Origin: Lytechinus pictus
Taxonomy: Eukaryota
Length of the DNA: 64,000 nt
Reading direction: 5' to 3'
NCBI RefSeq assembly: GCF_037042905.1
Contig: NC_087252.1
Location: 16,618,001-16,682,000 of the forward strand
Position numbers and translations under genes: made by a program. Below the pieces are notes generated by a model. The model was not told the origin of the DNA, did no database searches, and saw only the letters and a program-made list of their open reading frames with translations. Positions 47,701-60,944 of this stretch are shown one piece after another. Numbering within the stretch: the stretch's first letter is position 1; each line of letters begins with the position of its first letter.

Positions 47701-49987
47701 TGTATATATATATATAGTAAAAACAAATTGTATCTCAATTAATATACAAAAGTATTGGCCTCATCGCAATAAAAGGGTTAGTACACGAGATTTTGAAATC
47801 GCACATTACATGCATAATTTGTGTTACTTTTTGCTTGTTTCTTTCTTTAATAAGTTTTTCAATCTCTCTCTATATGTTTTAGAAAGATTATATGTTTAAA
47901 TTAATGTATATTTTCTGTTATAATGATATATGTTTAAGTGGACTTCAGGGAATGGTCCGTCCTACGCAGCAAGGGGAGGGCAAATTCCCGATCAGTTGTT
48001 GTGAAAACACATTTTTTTCCTTAATATTTCATGAAAACTATAAAAACTGTGCAAATGTGAGATGTGCACCAAATACTTTTATTACACTCGTAAAAAAAAA
48101 ATAATCGCCCCATTGAGCAGCTCGGTCCGTTTACTCTATCGTTTTATTTTATTTCTTTAAATAAGTTCGAGTCTTGCCCCCCCCCCCGGAAATATTATCT
48201 GCATGTGGTCATGCAAAATAGCATGACTGGAAATCCTACATTTTGAAAAGAGCATTTGACAGGGTCAGACTTTACCCCTTTTTCAACATTTTCTTTTATG
48301 GCGCCGGTGAAGTGCAAAAAATATGTGCGCCGCTCGGCAGTGCGCCCCCACCCCTTTCGCAGATTTTTAAAGAATACATCATGGATAAAGAGTTTGGGGG
48401 TATTTTATAGTCCATCAGAGGGAAAGTTGTTCACATGTGACATCGCACATCCTTGTCGCATTGCCAATGGGAGGATCTCCATGACATTAGTGATTGCAAT
48501 ATTCAAATGCTCATATAACTTTCTCATTATTTGTCCGATTTTTCTCAAACTTTCTTTGTTCTCATTCTTTGATTTTTCTGTTTGACACAAGCCTACTTGT
48601 TCCAAAGGTTTCAGTCCCCTTTAAAGTGAGACAAAAGGCTGTCATCGAAAGGAAACTAAAATAACTACAGTCTGTCAGTTCATAGCAATTGCCCACTCCT
48701 TGAATATGTAATCGTATTTAATGTCTGATTTGTATTGTCCCACCATATTTTTAACCATGGACCTAGCCACGGAAGATTATCTATTGTTACTGGGGGTGCT
48801 GTGACAATGCTTAGTACCCCCAGTAACAATAGAATAATCCTCCGTGGATAGGTCAATGCTTTTAACACTCTTAAAAGGAATGCTAAATCTTGGTTATAAC
48901 TAGATAACATAAAGGATTTCTTTCACCAACTCCCGTTATAGTGGCGCCTTCGTGCAAAAACATCTTTCGTTTACTGAGGTTATTTTGATCTAACTTACAC
49001 GATAATGGGATGCGTTATAAAAAGGTTAATTGCTAAGGGACTAGAGAGAAAAAAAAAACACTACCAGTGTCTGCATGTTCTATAGGGTCTATAGTTAATA
49101 ATGGGCTTGGATTTTATGTTAAAATACCAGATTATCTTCGAGAGAATGCCTTTTAAAGGACTAGAGAAAAAATACAAACACTACCAGTGTCTATATATCT
49201 CCTTTATACTGGTTTAATCATGGACCTATAGCATGTATAGGTCCATTGTGTAATAGACCTAAAGATAATGGCGGTAAGATGTTAGTAGATGCAGGAGGGT
49301 TTCGGAAATCAACCTAATAGGCACCTTTCGCAATCCTCTACAACGCGAGATTAGAGTCGGGTAACTCAAAAGTTAACGATTAATCATAGACTCGATTTTC
49401 TAGATTGATTGTACATTACAGTCAATACAATCAAACGTAGAAAGCTGTTCTACAATCATTGCTAAGCTTTGTGTTACAGGCCCTATAGATCTTGCTTTTC
49501 GTGTGCAAAGCTCTTTCATACGATACCAGCATGCCATGCCATGCCATTTGCCTGCCTGAGCTCGCGGCGGGACTGTACCTGTATCATGGCTATGACTCCA
49601 GCTGGCTGGAGACATGCGAAATGTAGATTATGACATGGATAAGAAAGTGTTTTTTCAAACAAATCGAGTACATATTGAGTAAGGAAAAACTTACCGAATT
49701 AAGGCTTAGATATAGATCATTACAGTCCATCGAATCGATATTGCATTTAATGTGCATTATTGGTGGATCATTGGCAATTGATTCCATGGATCAACATCAC
49801 CTCTCCAGCCGGAACCATTTTCGCATGCGTTGACATGTACACAGCATGCAATAGGCCATAAACCGTCTGAAAAAACACAAAATTTACGGGATTTTCTTCA
49901 TTTGGTGCTCCTTCTACACAAACGATATGCCTCTAGCACACAATGTAATGGGCAGTATGTTTTACTTTCCGCAGAAATGGGGGATTT

Positions 49988-50284
49988 CCCGGGGGTACAC
50001 TTCCGTTGATGAGTGGATACCAGGCGCGACCATGGGGTTTCGAAAAGCACCCTAAACAAGGGAAGTAAGTCTTTTCCAGATTATGAAAATGCATCTCTTA
50101 AGTATTTGGGTTGTGACACCCTCCAAGTATTGGAAATATATCCCGTTTTTCAGTATTTTAATCATCGTTTTTGACACCCTTATAACGCTACATAGGCCTA
50201 TACGTAACGCACTTACACACTCTTTCCCTTTTTACGTATGGTCGCGCCTGGTATGCACTGTTCAATGGTAGTAGGCCCCCCGGG
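49988..50284. mobile_element. CCCGGG-ended MITE
   Basis: CCCGGGGG...ATACCAGGCGCGACCAT / ATGGTCGCGCCTGGTAT...CCCCCGGG. Confidence 0.75.
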
Positions 50285-50834
50285 CGGCCTCTCGAGCTCT
50301 GGGAGGAACCATAAGTGGATTTGGAAAGTCGTCCTACATCGGATAAATCGCTGTTACCATAGTAGCAACCAGAATTTTGCACACGAACCGCAAATTGAAT
50401 GTTTCCGTTCCAGATGCGAAACGAAAAAAAAATCTCATGTCACACAGTTTGCATTGCAGGACAGAGTTTTACGACCATGACGACGGGCCCAAAAGTCTCT
50501 TCCAAAATCAACCAGCGTCGTAAATAAGCGTGCGCGTTCTCAAACGAAAGGTCGGGAATTTTAATACAGAGACGACTGAGGTGAGGAACTAGATATAATT
50601 TTACTTACATGCAAAAGGGGTATTTTGGCTGATGAAATGGTTGAAAAGCAGCGTTTTTTTTTTCGTTCGCCGCTCGTATTTAAAACTATATCGAGCTTCG
50701 CGCGCTCGTAAAAGCTGAAATCACAATGACGTCAGAAAGGTAATAGTAGGGCTGGTAAGCAGAAATGTGAGGAATTAGTCCCTTTCACAAGCCAGCTTAC
50801 ATACCGTGTGTTCGATGATCAACTTTATTTTACA

Positions 50835-52112
50835 CAGTGCGTATAAAAAAGTATACACTTAGAACATATCCTGTAAAATTATACATTTGTAATACCCTGA
50901 AGATTTTTCCACATTTTAACATTGGTATAGATCCATTTAAGCGAAAGACTGTCGAAAAAAAATTATGCTTGAGTGAGCACCACTTACTTTTGAAAAGTTA
51001 GCGAAAAGATGATTTGCGCAGAACTTTGAAATAGTTATGCTAATAAAAGTAGGCCTTAATCATGAAGAACACGTAGAATTCAGCTAGTAAAATTGATTTG
51101 AAGATATATTTTACCTTTTTAAACTTGTTTCCTTGCCCAAAACGAAGAGTGCATTGCGCCCCACCCCACTCCCCAACACACAGGGGCCATCGTGACGATA
51201 TTTTCTTTACACTGATCTGTGATTTACATGAAATGGCTTAGGCTTGAATTTCATTTTGTTAATCATTGTCAAGCTTGTAAAATAGCCTTAAAAAGGGACA
51301 AACTGAGGCTTTTCGATATGCACTCATCGGAGTAAAATCGCATGAATGACTAAAACGCTAGAGCAAAACAATATATAATGGAACCGTAACCGGACAATGG
51401 ACGCTAAATGGCGAGCCGTGATTGACTGTCGAGCAAACAGGTTAAGCTTGGTACCAGCCATATATTGAAGCGAAGCAACTGAAATAACGCAAGAGTTCTT
51501 ACGAACTCCCTCTGGCGGCACAGAATCGGGTCTGTTAGCTGGATATACGTTGCTTTGAGCATGCGCAAATGAGTGAAACTCCTTGTCAAGCTTGGGAAAA
51601 GTGCGGAGAAACAAGTATTAAATGAAAAATGATATATAAACCCACTTTAAATGATAAAAATGTCGTGAAAAAATGCTGGAGATGTCTGATATAAGCTTTG
51701 GTTCAGATTCAGTTATGTCCTCAGATCCAGCTGGCACAAAAAGGGTAAATGCTGTACTTACTAAGTGTTGAAATTTTTATTTTGGTGGCAAAATTGTTAC
51801 AAAATGCCTAAATGTATTCGTTTTATTTCAATTGACTAAAAGTGCAAGGGAAATGTATGAGAAATGATTCGCAGGGTAAGTTTGATTTCGCCCCTTCCCT
51901 TGACACAGCGTAAACATTTTCTGCGCAAACAGATTTCTGCGAGCTTTGCAAAAATGAACAGTGCTCACTCAAGTGTAACATTTGTCAAACTTTTATTTTT
52001 ATTGGATAGATGAGACCCAAACACAAGAATAAATGTAAAAAAATTACCCACATGCTGTATATTTCTTAATTCCTAGGGCTTTTTCAGAGTGTATTTTTTT
52101 TTATTCGCACTG
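50835..52112. mobile_element. Tc1/mariner-like non-autonomous element
   Basis: CAGTGCGTATAAAAAA...TTTTTTATTCGCACTG|TA; inner inverted blocks TTGAGTGAGCAC/GTGCTCACTCAA and TTTGCGCAGAA/TTCTGCGCAAA. Confidence 0.7.
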
Positions 52113-53500
52113 TATAATAGCCAGATTCCGGTTTTCATTCGCTTGTGAGTTCGACATTAATGATGTGCATTTCCAAGAGTCACTACTGTGTTTAAAAGAA
52201 ATGATTTTGTTTAGGCGATGGTTTGTAATTTACTGTCTTTTGCGGTAAATACTGTACTTTAAATGGCCCCTTTTAAGAAGATAGTTATTGTGGTAGCTTT
52301 GAAAATGCATAGGCCTACTTGACTTGAATAAAAGAGTTTCATTACTTGATTTTTGACACGCTGGTCCGCGGGAGGGGGGGGGGGGGGTAATGATACTAGA
52401 TAAATATATTGATTTCTTAGGAATATTTTGTGGAAGATATAGTCATTCGATTTCGGTAATAACTGAAATTCTGAAATGAATGAATAACCCCTCCAAAAAC
52501 AATTAAAAAAAAAAAAAAAAACATTTAGTGGCAGCACCGCCATTAATCGCTAATTTGAAAGAACAATTCTGATTGGTTCCTATTCTGTCTACCGAGCAAA
52601 ATGCGCATGCAACGATGGTCTTGATAGGCCATTTTATTTAGCGATTAATCGCTAACTTTTGTGTTACGGAGAAGTAGCGAAGCATTTTCTCCATACTCCG
52701 TAATATCAGTGGGCTTGTACTTGCATTTTTTAATACCAAACCAAATCTCATTTTTAATAAAAAAGGCCGTTATTCAAATTATGTCTAAACTTCTATCAAG
52801 CAAGGGACTGTCAAGTTTGTATATTTCTAACCTTGTATTATCACCAAGATATCAACCTCTCTTTCCTTCTTACTTTCTCTTTGATCTATTCACCTCCTTT
52901 TTATTTCAAAATATTTTTCTATTACATTCATGCATGCCACATTTTTATCCAATAACAATCATTATGAAAAGGTCGTTTCCCCAGACTAAAATGTACGTAG
53001 GAATGAAGGAAATGTTCTGATCAGATAGAGCTCTTTGGTCAAGCCATTATACATCCGTTTTTTGAACTCTGGTTGAATCTAAACTATGGTCTAAACATGC
53101 TAAAATTGTGGTTTAAATTTAGATCAGTTCATTTATAACTGACTTGGAATAATTACTGGAGTAGTATGAAACATGAGAAACGTGCCAAGTACATCTATTA
53201 AAAATCACGTGAATACAATTTGGGAATATTTGGCTTCCTTGAATTTTTGCCCAGGATTAAACCATGGTTTAAGTTCAACCAGATTTTAAAATAAGGGCCA
53301 TACTGTTTATGAACTATGGTTCACTACTCCTAGGTTTTATCGCATCAGAACATTCGGGAGCCCCATCCTTACTTATTCACATGTTCACATTATTCGGAAT
53401 ATTAACACAATATTAAAGAAAAACTATCGTAATTTCTTCTCACAACAGACCTTTGGAAAATACGTTTGACCAACTAGAGTGCCGAAGTAGAGGATATAAA

Positions 53501-54562
53501 ATGGCTCCGCAGTTTTTTCTTGAAAAGGACATCTTTGAAATGAGCTTTGATCAGCGTGTGGCAGAGTTCGAAGAGATCTACCTAGCAAAGTTTGGACACT
53601 TCGCTCACCCTCAGAGAGAAGAGGCCCGGAAGAAAGCGGTCGAACTTCTCAACAAAAATAAAGAGGCACTTGAAGCAATTGGACACGAGATTGCAAAGAA
53701 CTGTGAAGAGGGTCTGAAGAAGATGGGACCAGTTGCTGCCGCTGAGTTTATTAAGCGGCAAGCACAAAGCCTTGTGGCCCGGCAGGTTCTAAACGCCACT
53801 GTTCGGGGTGGCGTAGACCAGTTTGGTCGTCGTATGGCGGTCGTGGTTGCTGATGAGTCTATTCGCTTGGCTGCTGCTCAGTTCGGCGCTAGAGGAGCGG
53901 AAGCAGGGGTTCAGGCAGCAGTTGAAGGAGCTGCACCACAGTTTCTTGCTAACGCTGGCAAGATGGCAATGTTGGTACCTGGTCTCTCCGCTGCGGTGGG
54001 GCAAGCTGTCGCCGAGCATGTAACTGGGCAAATGGGAATTGAGAACCACCATGCCAAGAACTCAATTGCAGTAGGCGGAGCAGTGGCCGGGGGAGCTGCT
54101 GCCGGGGCCGTGATAGGGGGTCCACCAGGTGCAGCAGTGGGCGCCGTTGTAGGTGTAGCTGGATGGGGAATAGGCAAGGTGATTGACGCTTCAATTTCAA
54201 GCGGGTTGGGCATCGTAGGGGGGCCCTCTGATAATTGGGCCTATCTCAAGATTGGTCAAATAGACCGGGAGGTTTGCTTTAGTACATATAACAAAAGGGA
54301 TACAATGTACTTTAAATCTTATTGGAATGAATATAGGAGAAACGACCAAAACGAGTTTAAGATGTCTGCCGGTCAAGGCCAGCGTGATGACTTTCAGTTG
54401 ACAGTGTATAAAGGCAACACATCCATAGCACATTTCCAGAAGGTGTATTATAGAGATATGATTTTTGTAGCGAAGAACAAGCAGGGCAAACTGGCTGTGG
54501 CACACGGGAAGGGTGAGTTATGGGAAGGCGAAGCAGGAAATGTTATCATTAAGACCGAATAA
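53501..54562 (+). CDS. Uncharacterised 353-aa glycine-zipper protein (single coding exon)
   Basis: Long GC-richer ORF; acceptor caacag at 53448 then AAAATGG start; charged helical N-terminus, Ala/Gly-rich hydrophobic middle with GxxxG ladder, aromatic C-terminal domain; AATAAA at 54558 and 54747. Confidence 0.8.
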   Translation: MAPQFFLEKDIFEMSFDQRVAEFEEIYLAKFGHFAHPQREEARKKAVELLNKNKEALEAIGHEIAKNCEEGLKKMGPVAAAEFIKRQAQSLVARQVLNATVRGGVDQFGRRMAVVVADESIRLAAAQFGARGAEAGVQAAVEGAAPQFLANAGKMAMLVPGLSAAVGQAVAEHVTGQMGIENHHAKNSIAVGGAVAGGAAAGAVIGGPPGAAVGAVVGVAGWGIGKVIDASISSGLGIVGGPSDNWAYLKIGQIDREVCFSTYNKRDTMYFKSYWNEYRRNDQNEFKMSAGQGQRDDFQLTVYKGNTSIAHFQKVYYRDMIFVAKNKQGKLAVAHGKGELWEGEAGNVIIKTE

Positions 54563-55300
54563 AATAATCAAAGCAATTCTTACAAGTTAAGATCTTAAAG
54601 TCAAAAGGGGCCTAAGCAAAGCTAAGTTAAGATCTGAGCAAAATAACACCAAAAGGGCCAAACTTATTTACATCTATCGATGTAAGTTTTAGACGCATAT
54701 TACATGTTTATCCAATTTTATATTTTATATTTTATATTTCACATACAATAAATCCCGGTGCCGCCACTCTTGATACTGTTTCTCTTATTCGATCAGAGGC
54801 AATTTATTTTGAATTGAATTTACCCCCTAACAGCTTCTAATTCGGCAACTTTGATAGTACGGGATCATTTGGTAGATATCTACTATTGACGACCGACCGA
54901 CGCGTATAAATTTTGTAAACAATTGTTAGGTAAAAATGAATAGATAAACCTAAAATTCGTCTCTATCAGAACCATCACGTGGAATTTTTATATCGAAGAT
55001 AGAGCATTCATTGTTACTTAAAATTAATTAATGAATTGTTTTGATAATTTTTGCTATTACTGTTTGGTTTGACTGGCTAACCTATCTGGGGCCTGGTGGT
55101 CTCAAGTGCTATACCTGAGACTCCGTGCATGATGCGCTGACCGGGCTTGCCCCTTGAATTGTTGGTCAACGGAGCAGCAAGCAAGAGGCCACCAGGCCTC
55201 ACCTGATGCATGCTGATACAGCTGAGAATAGTAATAGATGATTAAAGTTAATGTACGCAATTATACATATAACTACATTCGTACTTAAAATTTATATCTA

Positions 55301-58300
55301 CAGTGCCGGCCGCAGGAAACGTCACGCCCGAGCACGCAAACACCCTAGGGGGCTTTTGCGTCTAACCGAGGGTATTCAAGGGGAGCCCCCTAGGGTGTTT
55401 AGCCGCGCCCGCAGTTTCCTGCGTGCTATATAATATTGGCCGTGCCCGCACTTATCCTAGGGTACCCTAGGGTACGTACATTGCATTATGTTTACATGTG
55501 CATGTACTTTGGTTATGTTGTGATAGACCATTATATTTTTAAACTAGCGTGATCAGAATCTATTCTAGATTTTTTTTTTAGATGTTGTTTGTTTTGTTTT
55601 CTTTCATTTTTTCATTTCTGTTTTCCCTTTTAATTCTTTTCCCTTATTCCCTCTTTCCTTTCTTCCTTCCTTCATGTTTTCTTCTGTCTTTCTTTCTTTC
55701 AAATAATGAAGGAATTATTTTTCTTTCTTTCTTTCTTTCTCTTTTCCTCCATTTTTCTTACTTTTCTCTTTTCTCTCCTTATGTTTTTTCTTTCACACAT
55801 TTATTCATCTTCCCTTCCTTTATTTTAATTATTTCTTTCTTTATTCATTTCAAGTAATGGCGGAAACTGTTATCTGTCTTTTATTCTTTCTTTCATCCTT
55901 TTATTCAAACTTTTTTCCTTTTAATTTTTCCTTATTTTTTTCTTTCCTCTCAATTCATTTCTTGTTTCCTCATTTTTTTTCTCTTTTGTTTCTTCCGCTC
56001 ACCCTCCCTCCCCCTTTCTTAATATATTTTGTTAACAAGTCTAACATTGTGTAGCCTTTTTGTTGATTTTTTGGCCTGGCTCGGTCGATCCGATGGTACA
56101 TAGTGCTTTGTCGATTGTCCCGTATTTAATTTTGTGAAATCTGGTAACCCTTGCTGGAACATCGAATTTATTGTTTTTCATTTACCGCAATGAATCTAAT
56201 CAATTAATCTAATTTGATGCATTAGGTAAACTTTTTTCCTTACGCCTTACGTGGGAGGCATACATGTATCATACAAACTTGTTTAAAAAATAGGACACAA
56301 TTGTGATTTAATGTCATGGAGATCAATTCTTTATCTTTTGTGATAAGTTTTTTTTTTCTCTTTCCATACGTACCCATTCCTCTCCCTTCAGCGTGAACTT
56401 TACACCTAATCCCATCTCCTTATTATGAACAGTGTAAGAACTAGAAAACATTTGAAACATTCTTCATTGAGTTTTAACGGGGTGCACAGGGTGGAATCAG
56501 AAAAGAAGAAAGAAAGGCATATCAACAACAAAAGATAGTTAAAATAGACAAAAGACATTAATAAGCAGACTTGATTTTTTTTTGTAAATCAAAATTGACA
56601 AGTTATTAACAGAGTGAATGTTAACAAACATTAATGACAAACTTAAAATAAAACAGAATTATGAATATCAAGGGCATTTGCGAATTATCATTATGTTAAA
56701 ACAAACGTGCGGTCAATATTGGGATCGGCAATTCGTTGACATGGTTGATAAAACCCTAATAAAGGGAATGAAAGGTATGTGAAAACGAATACTAGTATAA
56801 CCAAGATCTTACAAAGTAGACGTGCAAAAAGCTAACACCAGCAAAACTGGTTGTGCTCATCGATTTGTTATTTGGTTCTTTTGTTATTGTCAACAGTCTG
56901 GTAGAGTCTTGCTCCCCGCCCACACCTTTGATCTCCTTTGATCACATCCGCTTCCCAATTTATGACAGGATGTTCATAGAAATGGGGGGGGGGGGGGTTA
57001 ATTTGTTGATGCGTTAACAACAATAAATGATGATGTTCTGTTCATTTCGGTTCAAATCGGGTCTCTAAAACCCTCACCCTATAAAAAGTATAAATTTACC
57101 TAAATGTAACAGATGGAACAGATTTATCTTTTTGCTAAAACATCTGATTACATTACCTGCACTCTATTGCGGTTTTTAAGTTACATTGGTAGATATTCGA
57201 ATTGGGAAGAGATGAAAGTGGTGGAAATAATAAATGAGAAGAAGGAAGAAATATACTTTGTTATATGAATTGGAAATGATAAAACCAAGTCACAACTTGG
57301 TATAATACAGAATTCAGTGTTAAATGGCAGCTATAAATAATAATACATGACATTTGTAAAGCGCACTTTCCATCTTGATTGGATGCTCAATGCGCTTCAG
57401 AGCAAAGCAACAAAAGCTATTTACATAATGTAACTATTTAAAAAAATTCTAGCGCATTTAGCTTCAATGTTTAAACACATGCCCTAGTAAAAGTATGTTT
57501 TCGAAAGCTACTATGACGTAGTGTGTGGAATGGGTACTTAACGAGTTAATTATCACTTTCCGACAAAGCAAGAATGGAGCAGCTATACAGACCATTCTAT
57601 TCTTTTGTTAAGAGTTTTGGTGGGTGCTCACGCAAACGCTAACTATCAAACCTAACAATTCTTTTGGGGGAACAAAGGAGTCAGTCAAGCAAAGTTAAAG
57701 AATGAAAGCCCCGTCCCGGTTCACCTTTATATAGTCGAAAATCCTTTTAATCATCACGCGTGAGCATTACTGAGTAAAACAAGTTTCATAACTAACTACT
57801 GCAGAACTATATGGTATACATATTACCATGAAACAATAAGCCCCCTCTATTTTCTCTTTCTCCCCTTTCCCCTTCGTTTCTTCGCTCCCTTCTGCTTCTC
57901 TCACTTTTTCTATTTCCTTCTCATTTTCCCTCCATCCCTTCCTATTTTCCTTTTTCTTTCATTTTTCTTTCTTCTTTCTTGAAGGAGCGGATGTTAATTC
58001 GGGACAAGTTTTTAATTGATGCAACGAGAGCAGGAAATTGTGAGCATGGTGAGAGAAAATAATTACAAGATTGAGTCATCAGCGTAAAAATGGGCAGATG
58101 CGAGTTACTAACGTATTTGCTGACATGAAAATCTGGACAAATTCCCAAATTTTTCTTCCCACTTTCTCTCTTTTCCTCTACTTTTTCTTAAGTCCCACTT
58201 CTATTGTCCCCTGTACTTCTTAGTTTTTCCTGCGCCCTTCCTTCTCTTCCCCTTTTCGCTTTTTTTACTCCATTTTATTATGTCTCCCTTCTTCATTTTA

Positions 58301-59279
58301 TTTAATTTCCCCCTCCTTATCATTCTCTATTTCTCATTCTGTCCTTCCTTTTCTTCCTTTGTCTCTTCTTCTTCCCTTCGATTTTCAATCTATTTTCCTT
58401 TTCTCCTTTTCCCTCTTTTCTTTCTGCCTCACCTTCCCTTTTTTATCCCCTCTGTTTTCTTCTCCATTTCACCTTTTCCTTATTTCTTTTCTTTACCCCC
58501 TCTCCCTCTTTCTCCTCTTCGCCCCCCCCCCCTATTTTCTCTTTCTGCACTTTCCCCTTCTCTCACTTTTTCTTTTTCCTTCTCGTCTTCAATCCATCCC
58601 TTCATTTTCGCCTTTTCTTTCATTTTTGCTTTCTTCTTCTCCCTTTTATCTGCATCTCGTAGATCTGCGCCTGAAAGGCATGTCAGGGTATATAAAAAAG
58701 GATGACCATGTAGGGAAAGAATAGAGTAGATGGTTCTAGGACGACCTCTGGAATGTAGGGTCAACATCGACAAATACCTGCTCCTTTGTCAGAAACTCAT
58801 TTACGATCACGACTAACCATTTCAGTGAATGAAATAACGGACACCACGGGAGAATATTCATATACATGTATAGGAAAGGACCCTTTACACTGGTGCCAGT
58901 GTGTAATCGAACACAATAAGTAATTCGGTGAAAAGCCTAAAATCCCAGTTATCAACCCAAAACTTTGTAATTTTCATAACAGATTTTATCCACGATAAAT
59001 TATCGAAAACTTATGCTTGATATGAGATAAAAATCACATGCAGTCTTGAACGAATGTGTCAAATCAGACCTCCTCTTTCGACCAAGAATGCCCGGCCGAA
59101 CATACTGGGGAAACACCCTAGGATAGACGCGGGCACTATCCTCGGGCGCTCCCCTAGGGCACTCATGTCCTAGGGGAGCGGACGCGGGCGTCTTCCCTCG
59201 TCCGCTCCCCTCAAATGTCCGCTACGGGCTACCGCGTTCGCCCTAGGGGGCACTGTGACGTTTCCCGCGGCCGGCACTG
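55301..59279. mobile_element. 4-kb non-autonomous TIR transposon, TA target duplication
   Basis: TA|CAGTGCCGGCCGCAGGAAACGTCAC...GTGACGTTTCCCGCGGCCGGCACTG|TA (24/25 match); subterminal CCCTAGGG motifs; no transposase ORF. Confidence 0.85.
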
Positions 59280-60476
59280 TATATTCTGGCGATTGTAAGC
59301 GCTATGGTACTTTTGTGTATAGCGCATATATAAATAACCATTTTATAATTAAACTTTATCAATACATTCAACTGTCATTAACCTTTACGTTTATTACATG
59401 TATCTATTTATCATCTTACTATAGTATGTAGATTACGTTTTTGTATTTCAGTACTCTAAATAAATGTTGATTATCATATGTTTTGTCTATGCACCATATG
59501 TTGGGGCTTTATTTTCCTTACATAAATTATATTAGGTGTATGTTTTGTAAGTATCTTATTCGTATGTAATGACGCAATGACTGACATGAATAATATATTT
59601 TGATGATTAATTGGAAGATAAAGGGAGAAGTTCACGTTTGCGTTAAGTTGATTTTGATAAAGCAGATCAACAATTGAAATGCAGCCGTTAAGTTTTGGCA
59701 GAGTCTGTAAGAGGAGAACGGAGTTATGAATTAAAAAAAATATTTGAAAACAAAAACAACTTCTCGTGTGTCAGGTGAAGTGTATCTTTTTCTGTAAAAG
59801 GGAAAGTCATTTTATTTATGCGTATAATTTATCATATACATTAGTTTCTAAAAATAAAACCTTAGTTTGTCTTCATCATGAAGTATAAAACATTTTGAAT
59901 TTATGGTATCGAAATTACACGACGTATGTGGCATAATACATCACAAATTATTAAGCCTTTACAGTCTTATAACTGCCTATATTTGTTGTTGTTGGACTTC
60001 CATCGAATCTCTGTTAACATTTTATCTAATTTTTCTTTTTTCATTAAAATCACCCTGTTTTTATGATGTACATGTAAGTCACCTTTAACACCAAATTATC
60101 ATTAGCAATACAATTATAGACTATAACTATGGATTACTTAATCAATACGAAGTGTTGAACGTTTAGGAGCAAAATAAAGCACATATTTAGTGGAACCTTT
60201 TACCTAGACCAAAATGATACACAAATCTGATATGTTGACATAAACTGTTGATATGTTGATTTTTCTCGGATTTCGTTAAAATCAATATCTATTGTGTTTG
60301 TGATATTTTTTAATTACTAAATATTTCAAGCTTATATCGAGAAAACAACTCTTGGAATGGTTTGTCAATTTTCAACCAACCCTTAACCAACGCTGGGTCG
60401 GTCCTATTTGAATACTTATCTCCCAAACTGTGCTGGTCACTAAACATCACTAAACATGCTAAAGGTAAATAGGTAT

Positions 60477-60510
<34 letters not shown>

Positions 60511-60944
60511 CGGGAACGAGAAAAAGAAAAATCCATAGATATGACACTAGAGAAACAGATGAAAAGAGAGTGAGACAAAGAGATTATGAATTTCATGTGT
60601 CATGGATAAATAAAGGTCTGAGAAAGTGCAACAAATTGATTAAGTTTGGTTTGTTGTCTTTTTTGAGAAAACATGTTGAGTAGCTTTAAACTTGTATCCA
60701 TATCTTGTTTATGTTTGTTTTGCTAAAGAAAGCCACAGTCTTGCTCTTTAATAAAATCAATAGAATTATGCACTCCCCAGAACATGATCATATGAACGAT
60801 TTTTAACAAGGGTGTGCTGGTTTGTTTAAAAATGATTTGGCAAGCCCCCGGCCCCCTAAGGGGATTAATTCAAAATGAAGATGACTTTTCTGCAACAAAG
60901 GCTTTGCAAAAAAAAATCACACGATAATTTTTTTTTCTTAATTT

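Larger units (their letters stand above)
38010..48374. mobile_element. CAGTGGCGGATCC-ended non-autonomous DNA transposon hosting the YR retroelement
   Basis: Left end CAGTGGCGGATCCAGGGG; GCGCC-rich subterminal motifs at 38040-38160 and 48300-48350; TACA on both flanks; right TIR eroded. Confidence 0.55.
37733..48620. mobile_element. TTAA-type MITE split by a 10.4-kb nested insertion
   Basis: 37733-37920 is the reverse complement of about 48420-48607; right end CCCCT|TTAA, left end truncated. Confidence 0.7.

Noticed and set aside
55582..58773. Phe/Leu/Ser-rich membrane-like ORFs
   Set aside because: Translations of CT-rich low-complexity DNA; same for 2845-3280 and 62386-62694.
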